Shown here piece after piece: positions 54,346 through 64,000 of a stretch of 64,000 nt of DNA. Position 1 is the stretch's first letter. Each line of letters begins with the position of its first letter. The notes below the pieces were generated by a model. It worked only from the letters and a program-made list of their open reading frames with translations, ran no database searches and was not told where the DNA came from. The position numbers were made by a program, and so were the translations under genes. The DNA is taken from NCBI GenBank assembly GCA_963695095.1, contig CAVOFT010000001.1, positions 3,136,001 through 3,200,000 of the forward strand, read 5' to 3'. This DNA is from an uncultured bacterium. Lineage in GTDB: Bacteria > Krumholzibacteriota > Krumholzibacteriia > JACNKJ01.

Positions 54346-57300
54346 ATGGCCCTAGACGCCCCCCGCACCGCGGCCAAGAAGCCCGGCGAGCGCTACAGCC
54401 TCACCCACCAGGTGCGCGTGGTCACCGCCACCAGCCTCTTCGACGGCCACGACGCCGCCATCAACATCATGCGGCGGATGATCCAGCAGGGCGGGGCCGA
54501 GGTGATCCACCTCGGCCACAACCGCTCCGTGGCCGAAATCGCCGAAGCAGCAATTGAAGAAGACGCCCAGGCCGTGGCCGTCAGCTCCTACCAGGGCGGC
54601 CACCTGGAGTTCTTCAAGTACCTGCGCGACATGCTGGTCGAGCGGGGCGCCGGCCACATCCGCATCTTCGGCGGCGGCGGCGGCGTCATCCGCCCGGCCG
54701 AGATCAAGGAGCTGGAGGCCTACGGCATCGAGCGCGTCTACGACCCCGAGCACGGCCGGCGCATGGGCCTGGCGGGGATCATCGACGACCTGCTCGAGCG
54801 CAGCGACTTCTTCACGCTCAAGCTGCCCGAGCTGCCCGCCGCCGAGCAGAAGGGCGCGGCGATCCCCGATCCCGCGCGGCTCACGGCCGAGGACCACGCC
54901 GCCGTCGCCCGCCTGATCACGCTGGCCGAGATCGGCGGGCCGAGCTGGGAGCGCCTGGCGCCGGCGCTGCGCGCGCGGGCCGAGGCTGCGAAGGCGCCCG
55001 TCGTGGGTGTCACCGGCACGGGCGGCAGCGGCAAGAGCAGCCTGCTCGACGAGCTCGTGCGCCGCTTCCGCGTGGACAACCCCGAGGCCAAGATCGCCCT
55101 GCTCTCGGCCGACCCCTCCAAGCGCCGCACGGGCGGCGCGCTGCTGGGCGACCGCATCCGCATGAACGCCATCGAGGGCCCGCAGGTCACCATGCGCTCG
55201 CTGGCCACCCGCGGCAGCCACAGCGAGCTGCCCGAGACCATCCGCGACGCCATCGCCGTGGTCAAGGCCGCGGGCTTCGACCTCGTCATGGTGGAGACCA
55301 GCGGCATCGGCCAGGGCGACACGGAGATCGTGGACGTGGCCGACGTCACCATCTACGTGATGACCGCCGAGTTCGGCGCCCCCACCCAGCTCGAGAAGAT
55401 CGACATGCTGGACTTCGCGGATCTCGTCGCCGTGAACAAGTACGAGAGGAAGGGCAGCGAGGACGCCCTGCGCGACGTGCGCCGCCAGCTGCGCCGCAGC
55501 CGCGAGCGCTTCGAGCTGGAGCCCGAGGCGATGCCGGTCTACGGCACCATCGCCAGCCAGTTCAACGACGTGGGCGTGAACGGCCTCTACGCTAGCCTCG
55601 TGGAACTCCTGGCTGCGAAGTGCGGCGCCCCCTGGCGCTGCGGCCTGCCCGCCGCGCAGATCGCCACGACGAGCCGCAGCCACAGCCTGATCCCCGTGGA
55701 GCGCACGCGCTACCTGGGCGAGATCGCCGACTGCCTGCGCGGCTACAAGCGCCGCGCTCGCGAGCAAGCGGCGATTGCGCGCCGGCTCCAGCACCTGCGC
55801 GCCGCGCGCGAGGAACTCGGCGCGGCCGGCGACAGCGGCGCCTTCGCGGCCAGGATCGGCGAACTCGAGCGCCAGCTCGCGCCCGACGCCGCCGCCCTGC
55901 TCGCCGGCTGGCAGGATCTGCGCGAGGCCTATGCCGGCGAGCGCTTCCGCTACGAGGTGCGCGGCCGCGAGTTCACCGTTGACCTCACGAGCGAATCGCT
56001 GGCCGGCACCAAGGTGCCCAAGGTGGTCGTGCCGGACCTGGCCGACCACGGCGCGCGCCTCGAGTACCTGCTGCTCGAGAACGTGCCCGGCAGCTTCCCC
56101 TTCACGGCGGGCGTCTTCCCCTTCAAGCGCGAGGGCGAGGACCCCAAGCGCCAGTTCGCGGGCGAGGGCGGCCCGGTGAAGACGAACCAGCGCTTCCACT
56201 ACCTCTGCAAGAACGACGAGGCCAAGCGCCTCTCCACGGCCTTCGACTCGGTGACGCTCTACGGCCAGGACCCGGCCGAGCGGCCGGACATCTACGGCAA
56301 GGTGGGCGACTCGGGGGTGAGCATCTGCTCGCTGGAGGACATCAAGAAGCTCTACGCGGGCTTCGATCTCTGCGACCCGGCCACCAGCGTGTCGATGACG
56401 ATCAACGGCCCCGCGCCGATGATGCTGGCCTTCTTCCTCAACGCCGCCATCGACCAGCAGGTGGATGCCTTCACGGCCAAGCAGGGCCGGGCGCCCAATC
56501 CCGCCGAGCTGGCCAAGCTGCGCGCGGAGACGCTGAGCACCGTGCGCGGCACCGTGCAGGCGGACATCCTCAAGGAGGACCAGGCGCAGAACACCTGCAT
56601 CTTCTCCACCGAGTTCGCCCTGCGCATGATGGGCGACATCCAGGCGTATTTCATCGAGCAGCAGGTGCGCAACTACTACTCGGTGTCGATCAGCGGCTAC
56701 CACATCGCCGAGGCGGGCGCGAACCCGATCACGCAGGTGGCCTTCACCCTGGCCAACGGCTTCACCTACGTGGAGTACTACCGCGCCCGCGGCCTGGCCG
56801 TCGACGACTTCGCGCCCAACCTGAGCTTCTTCTTCAGCAACGGCATGGACGCCGAGTACACGGTGATCGGCCGCGTCGCGCGGCGCATCTGGGCCGTGGC
56901 GATGCGCGATCTCTACGGCGCCGGCGAGCGCAGCCAGAAGCTCAAGTACCACATCCAGACCAGCGGCCGCTCGCTGCACGCGCAGGAGATGGCCTTCAAC
57001 GACATCCGCACCACGCTGCAGGCCCTGCTCGCCTTCTACGACAACTGCAACAGCCTGCACACGAACAGCTACGACGAGGCGATCACCACGCCCACCGAGG
57101 AGAGCGTGCGCCGCGCGATGGCGATCCAGATGATCGTCAGCCGCGAGTTCGGGCTCACCAAGAACGAGCACCCCTGGCAGGGCAGCTACATCGTCGAGAC
57201 GCTGACCGAGCTGGTCGAGGAGGCCATCCTCAGCGAGTTCGAGCGCCTGTCCCTGCGCGGCGGCGTGCTCGGCGCCATGGAGACGCAGTACCAGCGCGGC

Positions 57301-57648
57301 AAGATCCAGGATGAGTCCATGCTCTACGAGCTGCGCAAGCACAGCGGCGAGCTGCCGCTCATCGGCGTGAACACCTACCTCAACCCGGACGCCGAGAGCC
57401 TGATCCCCGAGGAGATGGAGCTGCGGCGGGCCACGCCCGCGGAGAAGGCCGAGCAGATCGCCAACGTGGAGGCGCTCAAGCGGCGCGACCCGGCGGCCAC
57501 GGCGGCCTCGCTGGCGAGGTTGAAGGAGGTGGCGCTCGGCGGCGGCAACGTCTTCGCGCAGCTCATGGAGACGGCGCGCGTGGCCAGCCTGGGCCAGATC
57601 AGTCAAGCCCTATACGAGGTGGGCGGCCAGTACCGGCGGAACATGTAG
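54346..57648 (+). CDS. icmF: Fused isobutyryl-CoA mutase / MeaI GTPase
   Basis: B12-binding [21 protein letters not shown]-loop; mutase [18 protein letters not shown]; ends GGQYRRNM. Confidence 0.95.
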   Translation: MALDAPRTAAKKPGERYSLTHQVRVVTATSLFDGHDAAINIMRRMIQQGGAEVIHLGHNRSVAEIAEAAIEEDAQAVAVSSYQGGHLEFFKYLRDMLVERGAGHIRIFGGGGGVIRPAEIKELEAYGIERVYDPEHGRRMGLAGIIDDLLERSDFFTLKLPELPAAEQKGAAIPDPARLTAEDHAAVARLITLAEIGGPSWERLAPALRARAEAAKAPVVGVTGTGGSGKSSLLDELVRRFRVDNPEAKIALLSADPSKRRTGGALLGDRIRMNAIEGPQVTMRSLATRGSHSELPETIRDAIAVVKAAGFDLVMVETSGIGQGDTEIVDVADVTIYVMTAEFGAPTQLEKIDMLDFADLVAVNKYERKGSEDALRDVRRQLRRSRERFELEPEAMPVYGTIASQFNDVGVNGLYASLVELLAAKCGAPWRCGLPAAQIATTSRSHSLIPVERTRYLGEIADCLRGYKRRAREQAAIARRLQHLRAAREELGAAGDSGAFAARIGELERQLAPDAAALLAGWQDLREAYAGERFRYEVRGREFTVDLTSESLAGTKVPKVVVPDLADHGARLEYLLLENVPGSFPFTAGVFPFKREGEDPKRQFAGEGGPVKTNQRFHYLCKNDEAKRLSTAFDSVTLYGQDPAERPDIYGKVGDSGVSICSLEDIKKLYAGFDLCDPATSVSMTINGPAPMMLAFFLNAAIDQQVDAFTAKQGRAPNPAELAKLRAETLSTVRGTVQADILKEDQAQNTCIFSTEFALRMMGDIQAYFIEQQVRNYYSVSISGYHIAEAGANPITQVAFTLANGFTYVEYYRARGLAVDDFAPNLSFFFSNGMDAEYTVIGRVARRIWAVAMRDLYGAGERSQKLKYHIQTSGRSLHAQEMAFNDIRTTLQALLAFYDNCNSLHTNSYDEAITTPTEESVRRAMAIQMIVSREFGLTKNEHPWQGSYIVETLTELVEEAILSEFERLSLRGGVLGAMETQYQRGKIQDESMLYELRKHSGELPLIGVNTYLNPDAESLIPEEMELRRATPAEKAEQIANVEALKRRDPAATAASLARLKEVALGGGNVFAQLMETARVASLGQISQALYEVGGQYRRNM

Positions 57649-57942
57649 GCCAACGCCGGCGGCTCAACCCAGCAACAGCGGGTGCGCCGTGGCGCAGCCG
57701 CCCACCGGCCAAGCTGATCCCCCAGTCCTGCTGGTTTTCGGCCCAGATGTCGCGGTCGATGATGACATTGCCGTAGATCCAGACGTCGCCCCAGCTCTCG
57801 CCGCCGCCCCAACTGCCGGTCACGTTGTCGGCAAGCGCGCCAGTGACCCGCCTGGCCTAGCCTTGCTTCGTACTCAGGCAAGCGCACACGCGGGTCCTCG
57901 CCCGCCATGAGCGGGCGATTGAAGCATTCAAGCTAGCGTCGA

Positions 57943-58980
57943 TCAGCCGGTGCCAGGCAAGCTCGCTACCGCAGTGGCCGCGGCAAGCATCCCACCGCTC
58001 TCGTGCAGCAGGCGATGGCAGGCCGCGCAGAGCGTGATCAGGTTCGCCGCGATGTTGCGGCCGCCTTGCCGGCGCGGCTCCCGGTGATGCACCTCGAGGA
58101 AGCGCGTGGTTCGGCAGCCCGGGGCCTGGCAGCGGTGGCGGTCGCGAGCGAGCACCTGCAGGCGCAACGACGGCGGGATCGACGCCCGGTTGCGCTCGCC
58201 TTCGCGCTGCACGCGGCAGTCGCAGGCCGTCTGCGCGGCCACCGCTGGCGCCAGGGCTCGTCCATCGGGCAAGCGAGCCCCGCTGCACTCCTCGCAGCGG
58301 TAGATCACGACCTGGTAAGGCGGCTCGATTTGTACACGTGTACACTCCGCCTCGGCCAGGGCGGCGAAGGCAGCCAGCAGCAGCTCTTCCCTCGTCTCGG
58401 CGTGTCCTTGCTTGCGCAGGCGCTCGACGATGGCCAGCCAGCGGGCATGCTGCTCCGGCTCTAGCGTGAAGCTGACCTGCACCTTCGGCGCGGGGGCAGG
58501 CACGGGTGTATGCGCGGGGGCGGGCACCCGCTCGGCGCTAGGTGCCAACAGGTCGCCCTGGCCGGGATCGCGCGGCGCCTTGCTGCGGCTCTCGCGGATC
58601 CGCGCTTCGAGCTGGCGCGCGCTGCTCGCTTTCGCAAGGGCGATCCACTGCCCCTCGGAGCGCGGCGTAGCGACCGCGGCCACGCTGCGGGCCTTGGTCC
58701 AGGGCATCTCGCCGGCCTCCACCGAGGCGCGCAACTGGGGTAGCTCGTCGAACGACTCCGCCAAGCGGATGAACTGATAGGTCTTCGCCTGCCCGAAGCC
58801 CAGCACGGCCTCGGCGTAGGCATGAATGCTGGAGTAGCCGCAGTCACGGTAGAGGCGACGGCGCATCAACTCGGCGAACCAGAGGACGGCGTTCTGTTCG
58901 GCGCGGCGCAAGGCGGCAACGGCGGCGCGCAGGTGGGCATCCACTGCGGCGGCGGGGAGATTCGGCACGAACTCGGACAT
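57943..58980 (-). CDS. HNH endonuclease with DUF222-like N-terminal region
   Basis: RDRHRCQAPGC..LEVHH..GG.N..NLITLC..CH..H; helical N-terminus LYR.CGYSSI..YA. Confidence 0.88.
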   Translation of the reverse strand: MSEFVPNLPAAAVDAHLRAAVAALRRAEQNAVLWFAELMRRRLYRDCGYSSIHAYAEAVLGFGQAKTYQFIRLAESFDELPQLRASVEAGEMPWTKARSVAAVATPRSEGQWIALAKASSARQLEARIRESRSKAPRDPGQGDLLAPSAERVPAPAHTPVPAPAPKVQVSFTLEPEQHARWLAIVERLRKQGHAETREELLLAAFAALAEAECTRVQIEPPYQVVIYRCEECSGARLPDGRALAPAVAAQTACDCRVQREGERNRASIPPSLRLQVLARDRHRCQAPGCRTTRFLEVHHREPRRQGGRNIAANLITLCAACHRLLHESGGMLAAATAVASLPGTG

Positions 58981-59026
58981 GGAGAGTCCTCGCAGGATCG
59001 AGGACGCGGGAGGTGGGGAAGCTCAC

Positions 59027-59055
59027 AATATACTATGAGAGCTCGCGGCGGTCAA
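59027..59055 (-). promoter_or_regulatory. Sigma70-type promoter of the HNH gene
   Basis: TTGACC-17 nt-TATATT. Confidence 0.65.
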
Positions 59056-59136
59056 GCACATCGCCAGAGAAGTGCCATCGCCGCAAGCCGGCGCCCGGAG
59101 GCGCCGCTTGTGCGCATGCCCGTTGACCGACCAAGG

Positions 59137-59652
59137 TCAGCCGAAGCGGCGGATCAGCTCCGTGATGCGCGCGAGGTGGTAGTCGTCGTGCTCGGCCTGG
59201 AAGGTGAGCATGTCGACCAGGCGCATCGGCCGGTCCAGGCGCGGATGCTGCGCGCTGCGGGCGAAGAGCGCAGCGTCGAAGCCCTCGACCTGCGCGAGGA
59301 AGCGCGCCCGCTGCCCGCGGAACTCCCCCAGAACCATGGCGATGGGCTGCGCGTTGTAGTCCGCCGCGAAGGTGGCCTTGCCGCTCATCTCGGCGGGACG
59401 CAGGGCGGCCAGACCCGCCGCGTAGTCGTCCAGGCGCCCGAGGAAGAGCGCCTCCACCGTGATCAGGTGGCCGGCCTGCTCCTGGATGGACCACTTCTCG
59501 CCGTCGCGCCGCGTGCGCAGGGCCGCGGGCAGCGCCCCCACGCGCTCGTCCAGCCGCGCCGGCGTGCCGCGCAGGCGCTCGAGGATTTCGGGCGCGTGCT
59601 CGGGTGGGAAGTCGAAGGCGAAGCGGCGCTCGATCCAGAGCATGCGATTCAT
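59137..59652 (-). CDS. DinB family (YfiT-like) protein
   Basis: KWSIQEQAGHL; HPRL; AEHDDYH. Confidence 0.88.
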   Translation of the reverse strand: MNRMLWIERRFAFDFPPEHAPEILERLRGTPARLDERVGALPAALRTRRDGEKWSIQEQAGHLITVEALFLGRLDDYAAGLAALRPAEMSGKATFAADYNAQPIAMVLGEFRGQRARFLAQVEGFDAALFARSAQHPRLDRPMRLVDMLTFQAEHDDYHLARITELIRRFG

Positions 59653-59714
59653 GGCGTCTCCTTCTCGCTGATCTCCACCTGCTGGACCTCGAACTTCCGA
59701 GGAGGGATTGTCGT

Positions 59715-60878
59715 TCACACGAGTACGGCCGACAGCTCTGTCCAGGGCATCGCCCGCACGCCGCCGCCCAGACCAGGCGCGGTGATCGGCGCCTTCCCAC
59801 TTTCGTGCACCAGATAGGACGAGACGCTGCGACCCTCGATGCTGCGTGCGAGCTGGAGTAGCGACTTCGCCATGTCCGGCCGCGGCGTGCGCGTGGCCTT
59901 GGCCTCGATGAGGGCCAGGCCCTGCTCAGGCAGCGGGACGAGGAAATCCACCTCGAGTCCCTGGCGATCCCGGAAGTGATAGAGGGCGCGGGCCCTGCCG
60001 GCGTGGATCTGCTGCTTGACGATCTCCGCGGCCACCAGACCTTCGAACAGGGGTCCGAGAAAGGGCGAGCGGCTCAAGGCCTGCTCGCTCTCGATGCCCA
60101 GCAGATGCGCGGCCATGCCGGAGTCGGCGAAGTAGAGCTTCGGCGACTTCGTGATGCGCTTGCCGAAGTTCTCGAAGAAGGGCGGGACGAGCAGGATCTG
60201 GGCGGTGACCTCGAGCACACCCAACCATTCGGTCACGGTGGGCACGCTGAGCCCGAGCGGCGCCGCCAGCGCGGTCTTGTTGAGGATCTGCCCCTGGCGC
60301 GTGGCCAGCAGGGCCAGGAAGCGCCGGAATGTTGCGAGGTCCTTCACGGCGAGCACCGCGCGGACGTCGCGCTCGAGATAAGTCTGGATGTAGGACCGGT
60401 ACCAGAGATCGCTCACTGAGGGCTGGGCGACTACCTCCGGAAAGCCGCCGCCGAGCAGCGACACGCGTGGCTCCTCCGGGTGCGCGAAGGGCAGGAGCTG
60501 GAAGACGGCCGCGCGGCCCGCCATCGACTCCGTCACGCCGCGCATCAGCGTCGCTTCCTGCGAGCCGGAGAGTACCCACTGCCCCCGGCCTTCCGGGGCA
60601 GCGTCGATCTCCGCCCGGACATAGTTCAGCAGCTCCGGGGCGTTCTGGATCTCATCGAGGATCGCCGGCCGGCCAATCTCCGCCAGGGCAGTCCGCGGAT
60701 CGCTCCGCACGCGCTCCACCACATCGGGGGCTTCCAGCAGCAGGTAGCCGGCATCGGGGAAGCAATGGCGAAGCAAGGTGGTCTTGCCGGAGCGGCGCGG
60801 CCCCGTCAGGACAAGGGCGGGGAAGGCTGCCGCCGCGCGGAGCAGGGGCCCGGTCAGGGATCTCTCGACGTATTGCAT
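59715..60878 (-). CDS. AAA_14 ATPase with DUF4143 domain
   Basis: GPRRSGKTT; ILDEIQ; ESMAGR; KSPKLYFADSG; EVDF..IEAK. Confidence 0.9.
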   Translation of the reverse strand: MQYVERSLTGPLLRAAAAFPALVLTGPRRSGKTTLLRHCFPDAGYLLLEAPDVVERVRSDPRTALAEIGRPAILDEIQNAPELLNYVRAEIDAAPEGRGQWVLSGSQEATLMRGVTESMAGRAAVFQLLPFAHPEEPRVSLLGGGFPEVVAQPSVSDLWYRSYIQTYLERDVRAVLAVKDLATFRRFLALLATRQGQILNKTALAAPLGLSVPTVTEWLGVLEVTAQILLVPPFFENFGKRITKSPKLYFADSGMAAHLLGIESEQALSRSPFLGPLFEGLVAAEIVKQQIHAGRARALYHFRDRQGLEVDFLVPLPEQGLALIEAKATRTPRPDMAKSLLQLARSIEGRSVSSYLVHESGKAPITAPGLGGGVRAMPWTELSAVLV

Positions 60879-60879
60879 A

Positions 60880-60913
60880 TGACAATTCTAAGCCGCTAGC
60901 TTAGATATGTCAA
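60880..60913 (-). promoter_or_regulatory. Promoter with overlapping palindromic operator
   Basis: TTGACA-17 nt-TAGAAT, six nt before the ATG; inverted repeat TGACA..CTAAGC/GCTTAG..TGTCA. Confidence 0.72.
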
Positions 60914-60947
60914 GAAACCAGCTGCGTTTCAAGGCGCATGGATTCTT

Positions 60948-61421
60948 CTAAGTGCCAAAATTACCAGGGATTTGAATGGCCACCACCTCGCCCGTCGCGC
61001 AAACCACGCCGGCGGCGCTGAGCTGCGCGCTCACGGTGACCTTGCGCCCCTTCACCTCCTCGATCTTGCAGCGGATCTCGAGCTCGGGGCCCAGGGGCGT
61101 GGGCTTGAGGTAGCTCACCTTGAGCGAGCCGGTGACGAAGCGGAAGGGCGGGCCCTCGCCCGGCCGGCGGCCGGCGTCGCGATAGGCCGCGCCGGCGGCG
61201 CTGCCCGTGCCCGAGCAGTCGATCAAGGAGGCGACGAGACCGCCGTAGACGAAGCCTGGCACCGCCGTGTGCTCGGGCCGCGGCGTGAAGCGCGTGATCG
61301 TCTCGCCGGCGGCCTCGTCCGCCCAGCGCGTCTTGAGCTGCAGGCCCCGCGCATTGAGCCGGCCGCAGCCGTAGCACTGGGCAAGGTCGTCGGGGTAGTG
61401 GTCCTGGAAGGCGTCGCTCAT
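60948..61421 (-). CDS. PaaI/hotdog thioesterase
   Basis: CYGCG..N..GL; VYGGLVASLIDC; VSYLKPTP. Confidence 0.88.
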   Translation of the reverse strand: MSDAFQDHYPDDLAQCYGCGRLNARGLQLKTRWADEAAGETITRFTPRPEHTAVPGFVYGGLVASLIDCSGTGSAAGAAYRDAGRRPGEGPPFRFVTGSLKVSYLKPTPLGPELEIRCKIEEVKGRKVTVSAQLSAAGVVCATGEVVAIQIPGNFGT

Positions 61422-61975
61422 GGGTCTTCATCCTCTCCGGTGGGTGTAAGCACGCTCGCCGGCCGGGGACGCCCCTCGGTGTCCACGCCCCAGCGTTTCG
61501 CGAGCCAGGTATCGAGGTCCAGAGGCGGCAGCCGCAGCTCATCACGTGCGACGGCGCGGGCCGCCTCCGTGCACAGCCGCCGCGGATCGAGCGCATAACC
61601 GAGGCGCGTCAGATCGAGGCGATCGGAGTCCCAGCAGACCTGCACGGCGAGGTGGGCCACCGTGCGCCCCCGCGTGTGCCGGGCGCAAGCTTCGCGCAGG
61701 AGCAGGATCTCGGCGGCCTCCAGTTCGAGCAGCTCGGGCGAGAGCACGCCTGCCAGCGCCGCGGCCCGCGGGCCGTGCCCGGAATCGCTGCCGTCGTTCT
61801 CGCGGCAGGCGTCATGCAGCAGCGCGAAAGGCTCGACAAGGCGGGGCGCGATCCCCGCCGCTGCCGCGAGCCAGTAGCCGTTGCGGGCCACGCGCGCCCA
61901 GTGCGGCAGGCCATGCAGGTCGTCGCCGGGATCGAGGCGATACTGGGCCAGCACGGCGCCGCAGAGTCGCTGCAT
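61418..61975 (-). CDS. HD-domain protein
   Basis: LHGLPHWARV; LLHDACR; GHG; CWDSDRLDL. Confidence 0.8.
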   Translation of the reverse strand: MQRLCGAVLAQYRLDPGDDLHGLPHWARVARNGYWLAAAAGIAPRLVEPFALLHDACRENDGSDSGHGPRAAALAGVLSPELLELEAAEILLLREACARHTRGRTVAHLAVQVCWDSDRLDLTRLGYALDPRRLCTEAARAVARDELRLPPLDLDTWLAKRWGVDTEGRPRPASVLTPTGEDEDP

Positions 61976-61976
61976 C

Positions 61977-62219
61977 TCAGCCCCCCGCCTTCTTCGCCCG
62001 GTAGCCGGCGGCGGCGAGCAGCGCGAGGACGCGCTCCACCTGGTCCCCCTGGATGATGAGGTCGGCGCCCTCCAGGGCGCCGCCCGTGCCGCAGCGCTGC
62101 TTCATCTCGCGGGCGAAGTCCGCGAGCGCAGCGCCCGTGAGCGGCAGGCCGCTCACGCGGGTCACCGTCTTGCCGCCACGGCCCTTCTTCTCACGTTGCA
62201 CCTTCAGCACCTCGTTCAC
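61977..62219 (-). CDS. SUI1/YciH translation initiation factor-like protein
   Basis: REKKGRGGKTVT; KQRCGTGG; IQGD; KKAGG; start uncertain. Confidence 0.88.
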   Translation of the reverse strand: MNEVLKVQREKKGRGGKTVTRVSGLPLTGAALADFAREMKQRCGTGGALEGADLIIQGDQVERVLALLAAAGYRAKKAGG

Positions 62220-62233
62220 GCCGCCTCCGCCCC

Positions 62234-62695
62234 TCATACCGGGTAGAAGCCGCCCGTGCGCGAGCCGTAGCGGCGGCGCAGGGCGCGGATCTGGGCCGCA
62301 TGGGCCACGTCGTGGGCGATCATGACGCCGAAGAAGTCGGCCGCGCTCTGGCCGTGATAGCGGGTGCGGACGGCGTGGCCGAGGCTCTCCTCGTTGCAGC
62401 TCGCCAGGCACTCGAGCAGGTGGAACTGGGCGCGGGCGAGCAGCTCCAGCAGGGCGGGCAGGTCGTCCACGCAGCGCTCGAAGCTGCCCTGCCACTGGCC
62501 GAAGCCCTGGCGGCAGTAATCGATCTTGGCCGTGGCCACATGGTAGAGGATTTCTCCGATGGTCCACAGCTCCGGGTCGGCGCGCCAGACCAGCTCTTCG
62601 GGCGTGAGCCCGTCGAGGGCGGACACCAGGGACATCTCCGGATCCTCCTCGTAGGCCCAGCGCGCCTGGCGCTCGAGGAAGTCCTTGAGGGTCAT
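62234..62695 (-). CDS. DinB family protein
   Basis: WTIGEILYHV; IAHDVAHAAQI. Confidence 0.82.
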   Translation of the reverse strand: MTLKDFLERQARWAYEEDPEMSLVSALDGLTPEELVWRADPELWTIGEILYHVATAKIDYCRQGFGQWQGSFERCVDDLPALLELLARAQFHLLECLASCNEESLGHAVRTRYHGQSAADFFGVMIAHDVAHAAQIRALRRRYGSRTGGFYPV

Positions 62696-64000
62696 GGCGC
62701 TTCGTCTTTCGGCGCGAAGGCCTCGGCGAGGAAGTCCAGCACGGCGCGCCAGCTCGCCTCGGCGTCCGCGCAGCGCGCGGGATCGAGCGTGGAAGCGCCG
62801 TGCACGCCTTCCTCGGCGACGTGGGTGCGCATGCCCGCTTGCTTGCAGGCGGCGAGCTGCTCGCGCACGCTGTCGCGGGCCATCTCGCTGGCCGGGCGCA
62901 GCACCAGCGCGGGCTGCTCGACGCGGGCGATCCAGGGTCCCGGCTCGCAGTCGGCCATCGGCGGCCCCGAGGCCGGCGAGCAGGCGATGACCGCGTCCAC
63001 AGCGTCGGCCTCTTCGACGGCGAGGCGCAGCACGAGCCCCGCGCTGTAGCTGCTGCCCAGCACGGCGCGCTTGCCGCGCAGGCTGGCCGCATCCGCATAG
63101 CGCAGGGCCGCGACCAGGTCGGGGTAGGCCGCGCAGTAGCCCAGCTCCTTGTCGGCAAGGGCAGCCACCGTGCGGTTAGCGCCGCCGAAGTGCGAGCCGC
63201 CGCTCCTCTGGTCCACAGCGAGCACATGGTAGCCGGCGGCGAGGAGCCTCGGTACGATGGCCGCATACTCGCCCTGGGCGCTGGCCCGCGCCTGGTGGAA
63301 GAGAATCACGAGAGGACCGCGCCGGTCCGCGCTGGCCAGGTAGAGATCGCCGTAGACGACCACGCCGTCGGCCGCGCGCACGGAGATGGGCTTGGCCCCC
63401 GGCGAATCGGCCGCGCAGCGGAAGCCGACGTTGAAGTCGCGCCAGTTGCCGCGCAGGCCGTTGCGGAAGTCGAGGCTGCAGCAGCCGGGCCCCGTGAACC
63501 AGCCGCCGCCGCGGATCGCGCGGAACTTGCCCTTGGCCGGGCCGGCCGGGTTCAGCGGCGGGCTCTCGCCGTAGTAATCCCAGTCGTAGTAGTCGGCCGT
63601 CCACTCGACGACGTTGCCGGTCATGTCGTAGAGACCGTAGGGATTAGGCGCGTAGCTGCCCACCTTGCGCGTGCCCCGGGGGGTGGTCTTCGCGTAGTTC
63701 GCCAGCTCGCCGCTCAGCGTATCGCCGATGGCGTAGCTGGCCTCCGCGCGGCCGCCGCGGGCGGCGTACTCCCACTCGGCCTCGGTGGGCAGGCGCTTGC
63801 CGGCCCAGCGGGCATAGGCCTGGGCGTCGCTCCAGCTCACGCCGACGACGGGGTGATCGGGGAAGTCGGCCCCGCAGTGGAAGTCCGCCATGCCCCAGAA
63901 CATGGGCAGATCGCGCTCCGTGGCCGCGCAGAAGCGCTGGTAGTCCGCGCAGGTCACCTCGCGGGCGTCGAGGAAGAAGGCGCTCAGCTCGACCTGGTGC
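62692..64000 (-). CDS. FGE-sulfatase (SUMF1) domain fused to alpha/beta hydrolase (5' end outside window)
   Basis: PVVGVSW; RLPTEAEWEYAARGG; YDMTGNV.EW; GFRC; then LFHQA, VDQRSG, GSSYS, HGAS. Confidence 0.88.
   Translation of the reverse strand, partial: HQVELSAFFLDAREVTCADYQRFCAATERDLPMFWGMADFHCGADFPDHPVVGVSWSDAQAYARWAGKRLPTEAEWEYAARGGRAEASYAIGDTLSGELANYAKTTPRGTRKVGSYAPNPYGLYDMTGNVVEWTADYYDWDYYGESPPLNPAGPAKGKFRAIRGGGWFTGPGCCSLDFRNGLRGNWRDFNVGFRCAADSPGAKPISVRAADGVVVYGDLYLASADRRGPLVILFHQARASAQGEYAAIVPRLLAAGYHVLAVDQRSGGSHFGGANRTVAALADKELGYCAAYPDLVAALRYADAASLRGKRAVLGSSYSAGLVLRLAVEEADAVDAVIACSPASGPPMADCEPGPWIARVEQPALVLRPASEMARDSVREQLAACKQAGMRTHVAEEGVHGASTLDPARCADAEASWRAVLDFLAEAFAPKDEAP

Noticed and set aside
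54352..57606. 1084-aa minus-strand ORF
   Set aside because: Antisense shadow of icmF.
62692..64000. FGE/C-type-lectin-fold gene as a diversity-generating retroelement target
   Set aside because: No reverse transcriptase or template repeat is visible in the window, and the domain is followed by a hydrolase.

Overview
High-GC bacterial genome segment. Several secreted proteins with PNPF/FlgD-Ig C-terminal tails and one SWGxIK tail suggest an FCB-affiliated candidate lineage (Krumholzibacteriota/Latescibacterota/Eisenbacteria-like); this is inference only. Bases 1-27 kb hold the minus-strand translation/transcription supercluster: tRNA-Thr/Tyr/Gly/Thr-tuf-rpmG-tRNA-Trp-secE-nusG-rplKAJL-rpoBC, rpsL-rpsG-fusA-tuf, and the S10 and spc genes down to secY. 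Four things stand out there. rplC (L3) is cleanly absent from the S10 operon. All five tRNA genes encode CC but not the terminal A. The str-operon EF-G has a divergent domain IV. An 18-bp perfect hairpin covers the SD-like motif upstream of fusA. Single-base frameshifts in essential genes (rpsG, fusA, rpoC, rpoB, rplL) most likely reflect long-read consensus errors. Bases 27-33 kb carry cysS, a BtpA-family gene, ddl, PPK2, NFACT-R, a membrane protein and DUF1572. Bases 33.2-38.5 kb are a decaying island of secreted-protein genes with a complete IS21-family element inserted exactly at a start codon (5-bp CTCAT duplication). Bases 38.5-64 kb carry two paralogous S8 proteases, DinB-family genes, a Memo-like protein, gamma-glutamyltransferase, a DUF5916 protein, a methyltransferase, gltX, ispDF, icmF, an HNH endonuclease, an AAA/DUF4143 ATPase, a thioesterase, an HD protein, SUI1 and an FGE-sulfatase/alpha-beta hydrolase fusion.
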